This document shows positions 30,762-40,490 of a stretch of DNA of 64,000 nucleotides, piece after piece. The stretch is from contig CBDANF010000003.1 in NCBI GenBank assembly GCA_965197475.1, positions 1 through 64,000 of the forward strand, in the 5' to 3' direction. Under the pieces are notes generated by a model. The model had not been told where the DNA came from and made no database searches. It saw only the letters and a list, made by a program, of their open reading frames with translations. The DNA is from Candidatus Poribacteria bacterium. GTDB lineage: Bacteria > Poribacteria > WGA-4E > WGA-3G. A program made the position numbers and the translations under genes. Position 1 is the stretch's first letter. Each line of letters starts with the position of its first letter.

Positions 30762-31202
30762 TAGATATTAGACCAATGGAGTTCAGGATGCCGGGTTCGG
30801 AGTTGATCCCATTGAATACCCGTATGTAAAACATAGAGGATATAGTTGAATATCTTGTCCAAGGAGAGTTTCGGTTTCGGGCCTTTGACTCGTTTCGCTA
30901 AATGTGGTAAGATATAATGATTGAAATCTTTACGGGAAACCTGTTTGGGAATACATTTGTATTTTGGTGATTTTTGAGCCTCGTTTGCCATAATAACACC
31001 TTTTCATAAAGTAAATCGGTATCTGAAGTGGAAAGAAAGGGACATAAATTATACCCTTTTCTTTCCCTATTTTACCACATCTTTATGTTTTACTCAATAT
31101 GACTTCACATTGTTTTTACGCGAGTTTAACGTCTCCCTGTAGGACGTTGAGTGAATCGTTTTTTGTTGCGGATATTTGTTCACGTCTCCGCGGGGCGAGG
31201 TT

Positions 31203-31829
31203 TTAACGTCTGCTTTTCAGAAGTTGTTTGAAGGGTAGATCTGTGATAGTCCAACTCAAATCACGATTTTGTTTCATTCTCAGACAATTGTCTGTGCCCC
31301 AACATTTTTCATAAATACCCGCTTTCATGGAAATTCCACCTTTACCTTTAAGGTTACTTTCTACGGGCTCAAGATATTCATATCCTGTTTTTTTAATTGT
31401 AAGTGTAAACTTCAAAATCGAGTTTCCTGACTTATAACTATAACTAAGAGTTTCCCCCATTTTTAAAACCGATCCAACACTGTGTGAACAACAAACTTTA
31501 GCCGGGCCTGGTCCTCCAGGGGAAGGTTTGAAAACACGTGGCTTGCTATTATAATCTACTGTTATGATATAAATTTCGCGTACGCCGTTCGTGATGACTG
31601 AAACTCTTAATGTTTGCAGAAATTCCAGTTCGTATGAATCGAAGATGTGCCCGTTTATCCAGTTTTGAGAATCTTGTACACTCATCAACTGGTAGCCACC
31701 TTTCTCTGTTTCCACTACAAAGGAATTCCACTGAGCAACAGGATTAGGTGGAGGGTGAGGGGGTTTAACACAACCTGAAAATAGACAGGTGGAAAGAAAA
31801 ATGAGTGAAATTGTATGTTTGTTATACAT
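31203..31829 (-). CDS. Hypothetical lipoprotein
   Basis: AGGAG RBS, lipobox LFSGC; no recognisable domain. Confidence 0.65.
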   Translation of the reverse strand: MYNKHTISLIFLSTCLFSGCVKPPHPPPNPVAQWNSFVVETEKGGYQLMSVQDSQNWINGHIFDSYELEFLQTLRVSVITNGVREIYIITVDYNSKPRVFKPSPGGPGPAKVCCSHSVGSVLKMGETLSYSYKSGNSILKFTLTIKKTGYEYLEPVESNLKGKGGISMKAGIYEKCWGTDNCLRMKQNRDLSWTITDLPFKQLLKSRR

Positions 31830-32071
31830 TCAAATCTCCTTTGTAAGTGCGGAGGGTTTGCTTCTTCCCGCAGGACGTATTATGAAACGTTTTTGTTGCG
31901 GATATTTATCCACGCTTTCGATGAGACGAGTGTAAGGTCAACGATATTCACAGCACTATCATCATTGACATCTTCCAAGAGTTGAAATGAATCTCACCGT
32001 CTAAATCGGGAGAATGTGGATGGTAGTATTGATACCACCTTTAATCTATCAAGTCTAAATTGCACAAATTT

Positions 32072-32575
32072 CTAATGCATACCTATAGAAAATTTATAGC
32101 TAAGAATTGTCACCAAAATATACGTTCCGACCAACACTATCCCAAACGGACGTTTCAATTGACTCCCCGATACGAAAATTCCACACCGGAAAACGATCAA
32201 AATAAACACCATCGCAGGAAACAAGAATTGGAAAAATTTTCCAGATGCTTGTAAACCTGATGGCGTTGCAGCTGCTGAGACTCCAGCAACAAAGAGGACA
32301 TTCAGAATATCCGCACCAATGATGTTTCCGACTGCCAACTCATCATGTCCACGTCGTACTGCTGTTATCGCTGTTACAAGTTCTGGGAGTGATGTGCCAA
32401 AAGCGACAAGTGTTGCTGCAATGATTTCCTCTGGCACATTAAACCTAATTGCAAGGATCTTCACAGTTGGGATGAGGATTTGTGCAGCAATAACAACAAT
32501 TGCAATTGACCCAATGAGTTTAAAAAGTGTAACAAACGTACTAGATCCATCCGGCTCTGGTTCTTCATCGTGCCC
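32072..32575 (-). pseudogene. Na+/Ca2+ antiporter (YrbG-like), C-terminal half only
   Basis: Single alpha-repeat AFGTSLPE...GNIIGADILN; apparent start MEVVGIEPTS is antisense tmRNA/tRNA sequence. Confidence 0.75.
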
Positions 32576-32604
32576 GGAAGTGGGTTCAATTCCCACCACC
32601 TCCA
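32576..32604 (+). ncRNA. 3'-terminal fragment of tmRNA (ssrA) or tRNA-Ala; att-like scar
   Basis: GGAA-GTGGG-TTCAATT-CCCAC-CACCTCC-A = T-arm plus Ala-type acceptor strand; no 5' part adjacent. Confidence 0.6.
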
Positions 32605-32630
32605 TTGAAGTGTATATTGCAACACTTCAA
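32605..32630. terminator. Perfect 9-bp hairpin, possible terminator
   Basis: TTGAAGTGT-ATATTGCA-ACACTTCAA; no clear U-tract. Confidence 0.45.
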
Positions 32631-34258
32631 CCAATCGCTTCCCTCGCTTCCAAAACCTTTTCAACGACCATTTTTACATCTTCTTCATCAACAAACGGGG
32701 ATAGAATAAACGATTTTAAAGCAACAATTGGCTCTCCATAAGTGGTTTTACGGTAGCAATCGGTCGTCGAGATAAAAACACCTCGTCCCTCCATCGCCTC
32801 AGAATTCACGTATTGGAAGATTTCGCGATTGTAAACGTTGTGGGCAATTAAAATGTCCCGATTAGTAGCATCTTCAAATTCCTGCCGTTTGATTTCAAAT
32901 GTATCTACACCGACTGGATAAGCACGGAAAAGTGTAACAGTCCCGAAATTTCCCCGATTCAGGACGGTTGTGCCTTCGTGTCCTCCCAGATGTTCTCGTA
33001 GAAGTTGCGTCATTTCAACGATGTGTCCAAGAATAGCGCGCAACCCTTCTTCCCCGAACAATCGTAGATTAGCAAGGGCAGCAAGAGTTCCTGTACCAGC
33101 TCTTGAGGTTTCAAGCGTAAACATTCCAGGGCGATACTGCCCAAATTGGAATAGAAAAGGCATCTGTTCAGGAGACCTTTTCAACATATCCAGATCAGCT
33201 TGATTTTTGACTAGTATGAGGCTGGAAATATAAGGCGCGAAGCCAGTTTTGTGGAAGTCAATGCCGACAGAATCTGCAAGGGAAAGGTGTCGTATCCTCC
33301 TGCAAGCACCTGCTAAAGCACGGATAGTACGCGGACGAAATCCTAATGGGTTCTCCTCCCAATCGTAGTTGTTGAAAACAGACCATGCCCATCCGATGAC
33401 AGCGTCAGCGTGGATATGCGGTTGATAGTCAAGTCCAAATTCCTCAACAAGGGTTTCACGCAATGCAACGATTTGCAGTAAATTGTCCAAACCGAATGCA
33501 TCGGTAGTACCCAATGTAGCAATAATACAGGCAATCTTTTTTCCGTTCGTGAGTGCTTTTCGCAACTCTTGCTCAAGTAATTCAAGGTCAATTTCGTTTT
33601 CAACAGTTGTCGGAATAGTAATCAGATTGTTTGTGCCTATTCCGAGCCAACCAGCAATAGTCGCAGCACAGTAATGTGCCGCATCTGACACAAAAATGAC
33701 GGCATCTTCAGGTGTTCCTTTTTGAATTGTCTCTGGATATGCTTTTTCTAACCCGATTTTCACCCCATAGAGAGTGGTTCCAGTTCCACCAAAGGTAAAC
33801 ACACCACTTGACTGTTCTGGATCATATCCGATCAATTTTGATGTCATGGCAACGACTTCAACTTCAGCTAATGCCACTAATCGGCTGGATTCATCCCAAA
33901 CAAGGTTCGGATTATGCAAAGAAGCAAGGAGTACCCCTATTAGACTCGGAATTGTCGTGGGTCCAATAACATTTTGTTGCGTGCGCGGGTGCCCAAAGAT
34001 CGTCATGCCTCGGAGATAACTGACAAGGTTAGTTGTCACTTCTTCAACTGAGGAAATTGTTTCCGGTAACTCTGTCTTCTTTGCTGCTTCAAAATCTGCG
34101 GTAACGATACTGTCAAGCATCGGCAGATGTGTTTTTAGTGCGTCTACCTGGTCCAAGGCACGCATCATGGAATGCACAAAGTATGAGTCATGTATAGTAT
34201 TAGATACAGGTTGAGGAAATGCAAGTTTTATTTTTTCTAAAATGTTTCGGTATGTCAT
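32627..34258 (-). CDS. Group II PLP-dependent amino-acid decarboxylase
   Basis: GVFTFGGT, AHYC, TLGTT, HADA, DFHK (PLP lysine), TLETSR. Confidence 0.88.
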   Translation of the reverse strand: MTYRNILEKIKLAFPQPVSNTIHDSYFVHSMMRALDQVDALKTHLPMLDSIVTADFEAAKKTELPETISSVEEVTTNLVSYLRGMTIFGHPRTQQNVIGPTTIPSLIGVLLASLHNPNLVWDESSRLVALAEVEVVAMTSKLIGYDPEQSSGVFTFGGTGTTLYGVKIGLEKAYPETIQKGTPEDAVIFVSDAAHYCAATIAGWLGIGTNNLITIPTTVENEIDLELLEQELRKALTNGKKIACIIATLGTTDAFGLDNLLQIVALRETLVEEFGLDYQPHIHADAVIGWAWSVFNNYDWEENPLGFRPRTIRALAGACRRIRHLSLADSVGIDFHKTGFAPYISSLILVKNQADLDMLKRSPEQMPFLFQFGQYRPGMFTLETSRAGTGTLAALANLRLFGEEGLRAILGHIVEMTQLLREHLGGHEGTTVLNRGNFGTVTLFRAYPVGVDTFEIKRQEFEDATNRDILIAHNVYNREIFQYVNSEAMEGRGVFISTTDCYRKTTYGEPIVALKSFILSPFVDEEDVKMVVEKVLEAREAIG

Positions 34259-34487
34259 TTTTGCTCCTAAAGTGAAGTATATTTCTACTTGGATTTTCCA
34301 CAGATACTTAGCTCAAGAAAGTGCGTTTTTGTGGGTAGGATTGGGGTTTAGATATGAATAGACGTATCTGTGTTTACATTAAATATGATAACATTTCACT
34401 TTACGGATTTCAATGTGATTTGAGTATAGGAGTTCGGGATTAAGCGAAAGGTTGTCTGCGACTTTTTAATGTAAAACGGTTGAGTCT

Positions 34488-36881
34488 TTAAGAGAGTTTT
34501 GCACGGATAGCCTCAAAATCAGTTCCTTTCGGCATGACGAAGAGACACTTCCCGTTACTACGCGCTTCCCACAATTTGCCGATTTCGCGTTTTTCTTTTG
34601 AATCATCATTTGACCATAGATGACTGCCTTTGGATTCAATAACTAAATAGCGTCCATTGGTTAAGAGACAAACAAAATCGGGGTAAAACCTATCGGTTGA
34701 AGTCTGTAACCAAAAAGAAAGTGCTGGCTGGCGTTCAATATTACGTACCCAATACTTAACTTGGGGCAATGTGTCAATAAAATGGGCACACTTGAATTCT
34801 TCACCCTCTGCTTTCAGATCACCAACGTGAGGGTAATAGTGTTTTTGAAATTGATATGGTCCTTCATAACGAGTGTTGTAAGGGTAACGGTGTGAGTCAA
34901 AGGAAAAGCAATGATCCGGTGAAACAACAACTGGCGTTGCGCATTCAGGCAAAAGAAGATTATGGTATGCGCCAAGGTGTACGTTTTGGCGATGGCTGTC
35001 AATTTTCGCTGCAGCGGCATCTTTGAGAGCGTACTTGTTCCGGATAAGGACATCTATTGTCATCTCTCGATCTTCAATAAGATGCTTAACTAACCGCTGA
35101 AGGTAGGGAAGTGACTCGCGGCGTAGAATATCCAGATGCAAAATAGCTCTGTCAAGCCAGTCAGCGAGACGTGCAGCATCCCAGTTTTTGTCAGGTGCAA
35201 GGAGAGTCATCTGTTGATGTAGGACACCTAAATATTGCATCTCAACTCTTCCTTCTTCAGAAATACCGATTTCACCATGTTCTCCTGTATTGAATTCGGC
35301 TGGAAATTCTTCTTCAGTAAGTTCAGCATCACATTCGGATAACTGCCATACAGTTTCTAAAAAACGGGATGCCTCAAAATCAAGGAATGTCTGATTCTGC
35401 TGGACCATTAACTTCGGCACTTTAAAGGTTTCCCCTTGTTCAGCAGGGGCAGGCTCAGGATCAGGTGGTGTTAAACCTTCAAAAATGGGAAGAACGGGTT
35501 GTTCCTCGTCTATAGGGCGAATAAGTTCAGCAGCTGCTTGCTTCTGAAATCCGTTCTGAACGAGACCATCGGCTAAGGCGGAAGCAGCATCGTAGAAGTT
35601 CCGAGAGGCAACAAAAGCGTAGGCATTATTAAGGGCTGCCTGTTTCTTACGTTGTGCTTTCGGCAGGCGCATGACTCTGCCCAATATCTGTTCAACAGCA
35701 GTTGAGGATTTCATTTCGGCGACAGAGCAAAGAACATAGGCGAACGGACAATCCCACCCTTCCCGCAATGCTTGCACTGTGATAACGTAACGGATTTGAC
35801 ACTCCGGATCATTGATGTCTACGTCGTCAAGTTCCTTGTCCTCACCTGTGGCGCGAGCGATTTGTTCCTTGGGGATGTTGTGCTCTTCAAGTAGACACTT
35901 CTCAACGACTTCAACAGTCAAAGTTTCTTTGTCTTTGTGTCTTGGTTGTGCCTGAAGCAGCATAATAGGACGGATGTATTCACCTGTTTCCTCCCGTTCT
36001 CTCTCTGCTTCTAATTCAAGTGTGTTGCGTTGTGCTATAGCTGCAGAGAGCAGCTGTTTCCAATCCAGTTTGGTTTCTAACAGGATAGGCATTTTGATCA
36101 TGTCTTCCGCCTGCAGTTCCGCTGCGGAAACTGTATAGAGAACATTGGAAGGGTTTTGGGTTGTATCGGGTGTTGCGGTAAATTCAATGATTGCCGATGG
36201 ATTGAATCGGGCAAGTGTATCAAAAGAGAGTTCAGTCCGTGCATTGTGCGCTTCATCAACGATCACGAGCGGACGTTTGACGCATAGAAGGTTCGCGAGC
36301 GAATAGATAGGTTTACCACTTTCATCACGCTCAATTTCGGAGAGCGTTTCGTCAGACAGGTGTGTGAAATGTCCCATCAACGTACCCGACTGCTCGTAAA
36401 CTTTGCGCCCATCCGTGTCTTCAACGCGAAATGCTTGCATCGTCGAAACAATAATTGTGGTTTTGGTGTTCAGAATATGTAGCGGCAGGGAGAGTGCTTC
36501 ACCTATCGTGAAAACTTCTACTTTGCGCCTCGCGGATTCGAAAGCATCTCTGTAAGGATGTAGCGGATTTTTAAGTGCACTTAGTGTCTGATCGCGGATG
36601 GCATTTGAAGGCGTAAGCCAAAGCACAAGCGGCGTATCGGTCTTTAAAAGTTCAGATGCAGTGATGCTAACAGCATGGCACGCGACTAACGTTTTTCCAC
36701 CACCTGTAGGCAAACGCAGACAGACATAAGGCATGCCGGACAAGGACTCAATAGGCGCGTAGGGACGTTTGGTAAGATCGTAGAATGCGGTGTTAGCACT
36801 CTTGAAATGAAGGAATTTTTGATAGTATTCTGTCAACGTTTCAAGGGTGCGTTCTTGATATTCTTTGAGGGGGAGGTGCAT
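34488..36881 (-). CDS. Type III-like restriction endonuclease (Res) subunit
   Basis: PTGGGKT, DEAH, TATP, LREGWDCP, QILGRVMR; C-terminal FYPDF...IESKG nuclease motif. Confidence 0.9.
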   Translation of the reverse strand: MHLPLKEYQERTLETLTEYYQKFLHFKSANTAFYDLTKRPYAPIESLSGMPYVCLRLPTGGGKTLVACHAVSITASELLKTDTPLVLWLTPSNAIRDQTLSALKNPLHPYRDAFESARRKVEVFTIGEALSLPLHILNTKTTIIVSTMQAFRVEDTDGRKVYEQSGTLMGHFTHLSDETLSEIERDESGKPIYSLANLLCVKRPLVIVDEAHNARTELSFDTLARFNPSAIIEFTATPDTTQNPSNVLYTVSAAELQAEDMIKMPILLETKLDWKQLLSAAIAQRNTLELEAEREREETGEYIRPIMLLQAQPRHKDKETLTVEVVEKCLLEEHNIPKEQIARATGEDKELDDVDINDPECQIRYVITVQALREGWDCPFAYVLCSVAEMKSSTAVEQILGRVMRLPKAQRKKQAALNNAYAFVASRNFYDAASALADGLVQNGFQKQAAAELIRPIDEEQPVLPIFEGLTPPDPEPAPAEQGETFKVPKLMVQQNQTFLDFEASRFLETVWQLSECDAELTEEEFPAEFNTGEHGEIGISEEGRVEMQYLGVLHQQMTLLAPDKNWDAARLADWLDRAILHLDILRRESLPYLQRLVKHLIEDREMTIDVLIRNKYALKDAAAAKIDSHRQNVHLGAYHNLLLPECATPVVVSPDHCFSFDSHRYPYNTRYEGPYQFQKHYYPHVGDLKAEGEEFKCAHFIDTLPQVKYWVRNIERQPALSFWLQTSTDRFYPDFVCLLTNGRYLVIESKGSHLWSNDDSKEKREIGKLWEARSNGKCLFVMPKGTDFEAIRAKLS

Positions 36882-36979
36882 CTTTTGGTTTTCGGAAATT
36901 ATAGATATTTTGTTTTAGTCAAGGATTTATACAGATTGCCCAGAGCCGTTTCGGTCCTTGAATTATTGATGTCTAACAC

Positions 36980-37297
36980 TTAGAGTTCTGCCAGTTTTGG
37001 AATGTGTTCACTTTCATAATCTTTAATGAGTGTACCAACGAAATGCATCAAGGGTGCCAAGGGGTGATTTTCTGATCCATCAACGAGATCCAGTAAATCA
37101 TCTAGTCGGGAAGCAAGCTGCTGATATTCGATTTCCTGCAATGGAACTGGTATGTGATTTTCGTTTTGGGTCATGAGGTCAATTAAATCGCATAACACTT
37201 TGACAAGTAGTTGCAATTCGCTTTTACCGCGTGGGCGAAAGGCGATTGATGTTTCCATTGGAGATATATTTGGTGTAATTTGTGTTTTAGGGACCAT
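36980..37297 (-). CDS. HigA-like antitoxin lacking the C-terminal HTH
   Basis: EYQQL..LDDLLD..ENHPLA.LM..VGTLIKDYE is HigA N-domain-like; directly follows higB. Confidence 0.6.
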   Translation of the reverse strand: MVPKTQITPNISPMETSIAFRPRGKSELQLLVKVLCDLIDLMTQNENHIPVPLQEIEYQQLASRLDDLLDLVDGSENHPLAPLMHFVGTLIKDYESEHIPKLAEL

Positions 37298-37300
37298 CGT

Positions 37301-37588
37301 TTACTCCTTCCATCTTCCTCTATCATACTCGGCATGTGTTAGGACATCCCGAATGTAGATCCTCTGTTCGCCATAGAAGATATAAGTGATAAGACGTGCC
37401 TTGTTACCAGCAATGTTGAAAACCGTCAAATTTCCTACCCGATCTGCGTGGGGGAACACTGAACGTAACTCTTCAAACGAACTAAAATCTCTTTCCTGCA
37501 TTAAACGATACCAACGGTTGAGCGATGGTTTTGTATTTGGATGTTTCTGTGCAAATTCAATGAGTCGGTCTTGCCTGATAATGTCCAT
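37301..37588 (-). CDS. higB: HigB toxin (type II TA)
   Basis: FPHADRVGNLTVFNIAGNKARLI, LTHAEYDRGRWK. Confidence 0.9.
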   Translation of the reverse strand: MDIIRQDRLIEFAQKHPNTKPSLNRWYRLMQERDFSSFEELRSVFPHADRVGNLTVFNIAGNKARLITYIFYGEQRIYIRDVLTHAEYDRGRWKE

Positions 37589-37695
37589 CGGAAATCCGTA
37601 TGACGTGCCGCTTTCTCAAGTGTTGCACTACTTTCCTTAGTCTGCCTGCTCTGTTAGGTGAGAAGCCGCATATAGGATTCTACCAAACTTAATTT

Positions 37696-37724
37696 ATTAT
37701 ACAGTGACGGAGGATCGTTAGCAA
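37696..37724 (-). promoter_or_regulatory. Sigma70-type promoter upstream of higBA
   Basis: TTGCTA-17 nt-TATAAT on the minus strand. Confidence 0.6.
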
Positions 37725-37758
37725 CTAAAATTGTGCCGTGGCACAGGATACACGCCTG

Positions 37759-37865
37759 GATATGTATAGTTTTTGCCAATTTCTATACATATCATGGACA
37801 ATATGTATACTTTCTATACATATCATAACCGATATGTATAGTTTTTGCCAATTTCTATACATATT
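37759..37865. repeat. Three tandem palindromes (ATATGTATA..TATACATAT)
   Basis: 35-bp units at 37759 and 37831 (34/35 identical) with a shortened copy at 37800-37824. Confidence 0.85.
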
Positions 37866-37905
37866 AAGTTTAGACATGTTCTCTTTTCAACTAGCTGCTG
37901 GATTG

Positions 37906-39543
37906 CTACACCAAATTATACGGCATTTGGCGGAAGGTTATCCCGCGTTCCTTTAACAACCCTATGCTGAGTTGCGTGCCGCCGCAATGGATAATCTTTC
38001 TGTCATCATGACACGGCAAACGGTTTATGAGCTCGTCGTTAAGGACATCTTCATTGTTGAGCAGGTAGACAGCGGCACCGTCCACGCTCCCTAAAAAGGC
38101 GCGTTGGTGTCTTTCAAGAGTTGTGCAGGAGGCATACGACGGTCTGTCCCCTTCCATAAGATTTAGCACTGTGTCAGCTGCAATCGGAGTACCTGTCTCC
38201 TTGAAAAAGAGGTACTGCGCCATTTCATGAAATGGAATTTCCGATCTTTCCAAGAAGGTCTCACCAACGTGATAATAAGCAAAGGTGTCTTTAGTGCCAA
38301 AACCTTGCAATAGTGTGTTCTCCCGATCAAAGGTGTAGCCTTCACTGACGCGTTTGAGACGTTCCGCTGTAATTTCACGGGCTATCTTCGGCTCCAATTC
38401 AACTAAAATGAATTGGCGATTGCCATTGTCGTCTCGGTTTTGTGCGAGGACAGCGTGACCTGTTGTGCCGCTGCCTGCAAAGGAATCTAAGACAATTGAG
38501 TCAGGACCAGTGGACAAAAAAATCAAACGCTTAATTAGGTCTACAGGCTTACTATTATCAAAAACTTTTTTTTCAAAAATTGCTTTTTGCTCATTTGTGG
38601 CATCAGTTGTTGTTGCAATATCGTAATAAATGCTACGCTCTTTAAGAATTTTCGCTTTGTCTCGTTTCTCATCGAAATAGATAATTTCGTACGGTGTCCA
38701 ACGCCCACTTCTTTTTTCCCAATGAATATGATCTTGATCCAAAGCAGTAGGGCGAGTTCGCCAATTTCCATCATTTCCATCGGGGGCTTGCGGATAAAAG
38801 GGATTCCCATCTGGATCTTCAATTGAGTAAAACATTGTCGGTCTGTCCTCTCTATATGCGTTAGAACCCCATTTTTCAAGTTTCACGAATTTACACTTTC
38901 GTCCGTTTTTGACTTTAGGAAATTCGGCTTGAGTCCTTTCCGCTGTTCTGAATTTCATAGTAAAGGCATCACTTTTTCGGTAACAGAGAATGTATTCATG
39001 TTCTCGTGCGTAGTATTCGGAGTCTTGACCGCCTCCCGATTTTTTTCTCCAGATCAGATTGGCTACAAAGTTGGTTTCACCAAAAATTTCGTTCATTAGT
39101 AAACGTAGGTTCGGTTGTTCGTTATCGTCAAGCGTGATGAAGATCACACCATCTTTTCGGAGGAATTGATGAAGTAAGCAGAGGCGTGGATACATCATGC
39201 AGAGCCATTTGTCGTGCCGAGAAAGATCTGCTGCCAACGAACCGACAGTTTTTCCAAGCCATTTCTGGATGGTTGGGTTGTTAACGTTATCGTTGTAAAC
39301 CCAACTTTCGTTGCCAGTATTATAGGGAGGATCAATAAAGATACATTTGACTTTGCCAGCGTAGTAGGGTAGGAGTGCCTTGAGCGCGGTAAGGTTGTCA
39401 CCTTCAACGAGGAGATTGCCAATGCCAAGCGGTTCATTATCGTATCCGAAGGATCGGTCACGGTCGAGCGTGAGGGTGTGTATCGGCACCTCATCGTGGT
39501 GATTGATAACTGCTTCTTTTCCTATCCAGTTCAAGGTAGGCAT
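37906..39543 (-). CDS. Type III-like R-M methyltransferase (Mod, N6-adenine)
   Basis: MPTLNWIGK start, EGDNL, IDPPYNTG, KPVDL, LDSFAGSGTTG. Confidence 0.92.
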   Translation of the reverse strand: MPTLNWIGKEAVINHHDEVPIHTLTLDRDRSFGYDNEPLGIGNLLVEGDNLTALKALLPYYAGKVKCIFIDPPYNTGNESWVYNDNVNNPTIQKWLGKTVGSLAADLSRHDKWLCMMYPRLCLLHQFLRKDGVIFITLDDNEQPNLRLLMNEIFGETNFVANLIWRKKSGGGQDSEYYAREHEYILCYRKSDAFTMKFRTAERTQAEFPKVKNGRKCKFVKLEKWGSNAYREDRPTMFYSIEDPDGNPFYPQAPDGNDGNWRTRPTALDQDHIHWEKRSGRWTPYEIIYFDEKRDKAKILKERSIYYDIATTTDATNEQKAIFEKKVFDNSKPVDLIKRLIFLSTGPDSIVLDSFAGSGTTGHAVLAQNRDDNGNRQFILVELEPKIAREITAERLKRVSEGYTFDRENTLLQGFGTKDTFAYYHVGETFLERSEIPFHEMAQYLFFKETGTPIAADTVLNLMEGDRPSYASCTTLERHQRAFLGSVDGAAVYLLNNEDVLNDELINRLPCHDDRKIIHCGGTQLSIGLLKERGITFRQMPYNLV

Positions 39544-39689
39544 GTATGCGGTTTCCTTGTTATCCCTACGGGCACGGGGACATATTCTGCTCACAAGGTC
39601 GGGAACGGTGACTAAATAGATGTGGGACAATCCATGCCGATATGTCTTACAATGACGGTTTTTGTTGAGGTCTTCTGTCTACGGTTTCG

Positions 39690-40394
39690 TTATCGTTTGA
39701 TTCTTCTGTTTTTTTTACGATCGGATGGTGGCACATAATACGACACCACTTTCATGCCTTTCCGTTTGCACTCTTCTTGAACCTTTCTCAAATACGCTGA
39801 GAGTTCTTCAACAGAATTGAATTGGGCATTGAATTCTTCTTTCATTCGGTAGCACTCTTCAAGAATCGGATCAGTGTAATTTTCAAGGTTTTCTTTCATC
39901 TGATACCTCTCAATTAATTCTGCAGGCGTACAGATAATTATTGGTTCAAAACCTGCATCTAGACAAACTTGGTTGATATTTTCTTGTTTGTTTTCATTAA
40001 CAATATGCTTCTGGTTCCATGATACAAGGTATTCAACACCGTGTACCGTGGCAATAGCGATATGTTCCGCATCTGACCGAAAACTGTGTGGTACTGCTCC
40101 GGAATCCAACAATTTCTGGGTGAGTATATCAGTTTCAGGTAAAACTTCCAATACCGTTAGATGTGATAAAACTTCACGTCGCCGCTTTGCTGCGTCTGCG
40201 TCCCCCTCATTTGCCTCGGTGAGAACTACAGGCGAAATTACAAATGTGAATTTATCCTTATAGTCTTCCCAGAATTGCCGTGTTATCTGTTGCCAAGACG
40301 CTAACGCTGAATGTTTACTAGGCCTAGCCGCCAAATAACTAATAACCGTTGTCTCAAGGTAGACCCTTGATTTTCTCTCTGTATAGTATACCAT
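39690..40394 (-). CDS. PIN-domain protein with fused C-terminal small helical domain
   Basis: VYLETTVISY, DAEHIAIA, LVSWNQKHI, IICTP; tail MKEN...DPILEECYRMKEE. Confidence 0.8.
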   Translation of the reverse strand: MVYYTERKSRVYLETTVISYLAARPSKHSALASWQQITRQFWEDYKDKFTFVISPVVLTEANEGDADAAKRRREVLSHLTVLEVLPETDILTQKLLDSGAVPHSFRSDAEHIAIATVHGVEYLVSWNQKHIVNENKQENINQVCLDAGFEPIIICTPAELIERYQMKENLENYTDPILEECYRMKEEFNAQFNSVEELSAYLRKVQEECKRKGMKVVSYYVPPSDRKKNRRIKR

Positions 40395-40490
40395 GAAATG
40401 TTGTTGTTTTGAAGAATAAAAATAATAATACTGATATTTCTCAGAATGGTCTTGAACCTAATAATAATCAATAGAAACAAGGTATAGCAC

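Larger units (their letters stand above)
29105..31105 (-). mobile_element. IS5-like element, transposase disrupted by IS1595
   Basis: N-part 30991-30762 (ILYVLHTGIQW..WSNIY) continues beyond the insert as KWHNRWSKDG..HGDGSNTVVKKG; frameshift at A6G3 into 29130-29630 (LDSGFD, YKVERT). Ends approximate (AAGTC/GACTT). Confidence 0.75.

Noticed and set aside
31121-31210. Integron attC site
   Set aside because: GTTTAAC is present but there is no matching GTTRRRY on the same strand, and no integrase was seen
32576-32605. MEVVGIEPTS as the true antiporter N-terminus
   Set aside because: It is the antisense of a tRNA/tmRNA T-arm, and the first half of the transporter is missing
37759-37865. Mini CRISPR array (35-bp repeats, 37-bp spacer)
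   Set aside because: The spacer is itself a shortened repeat copy; only two full units and no cas genes in the window
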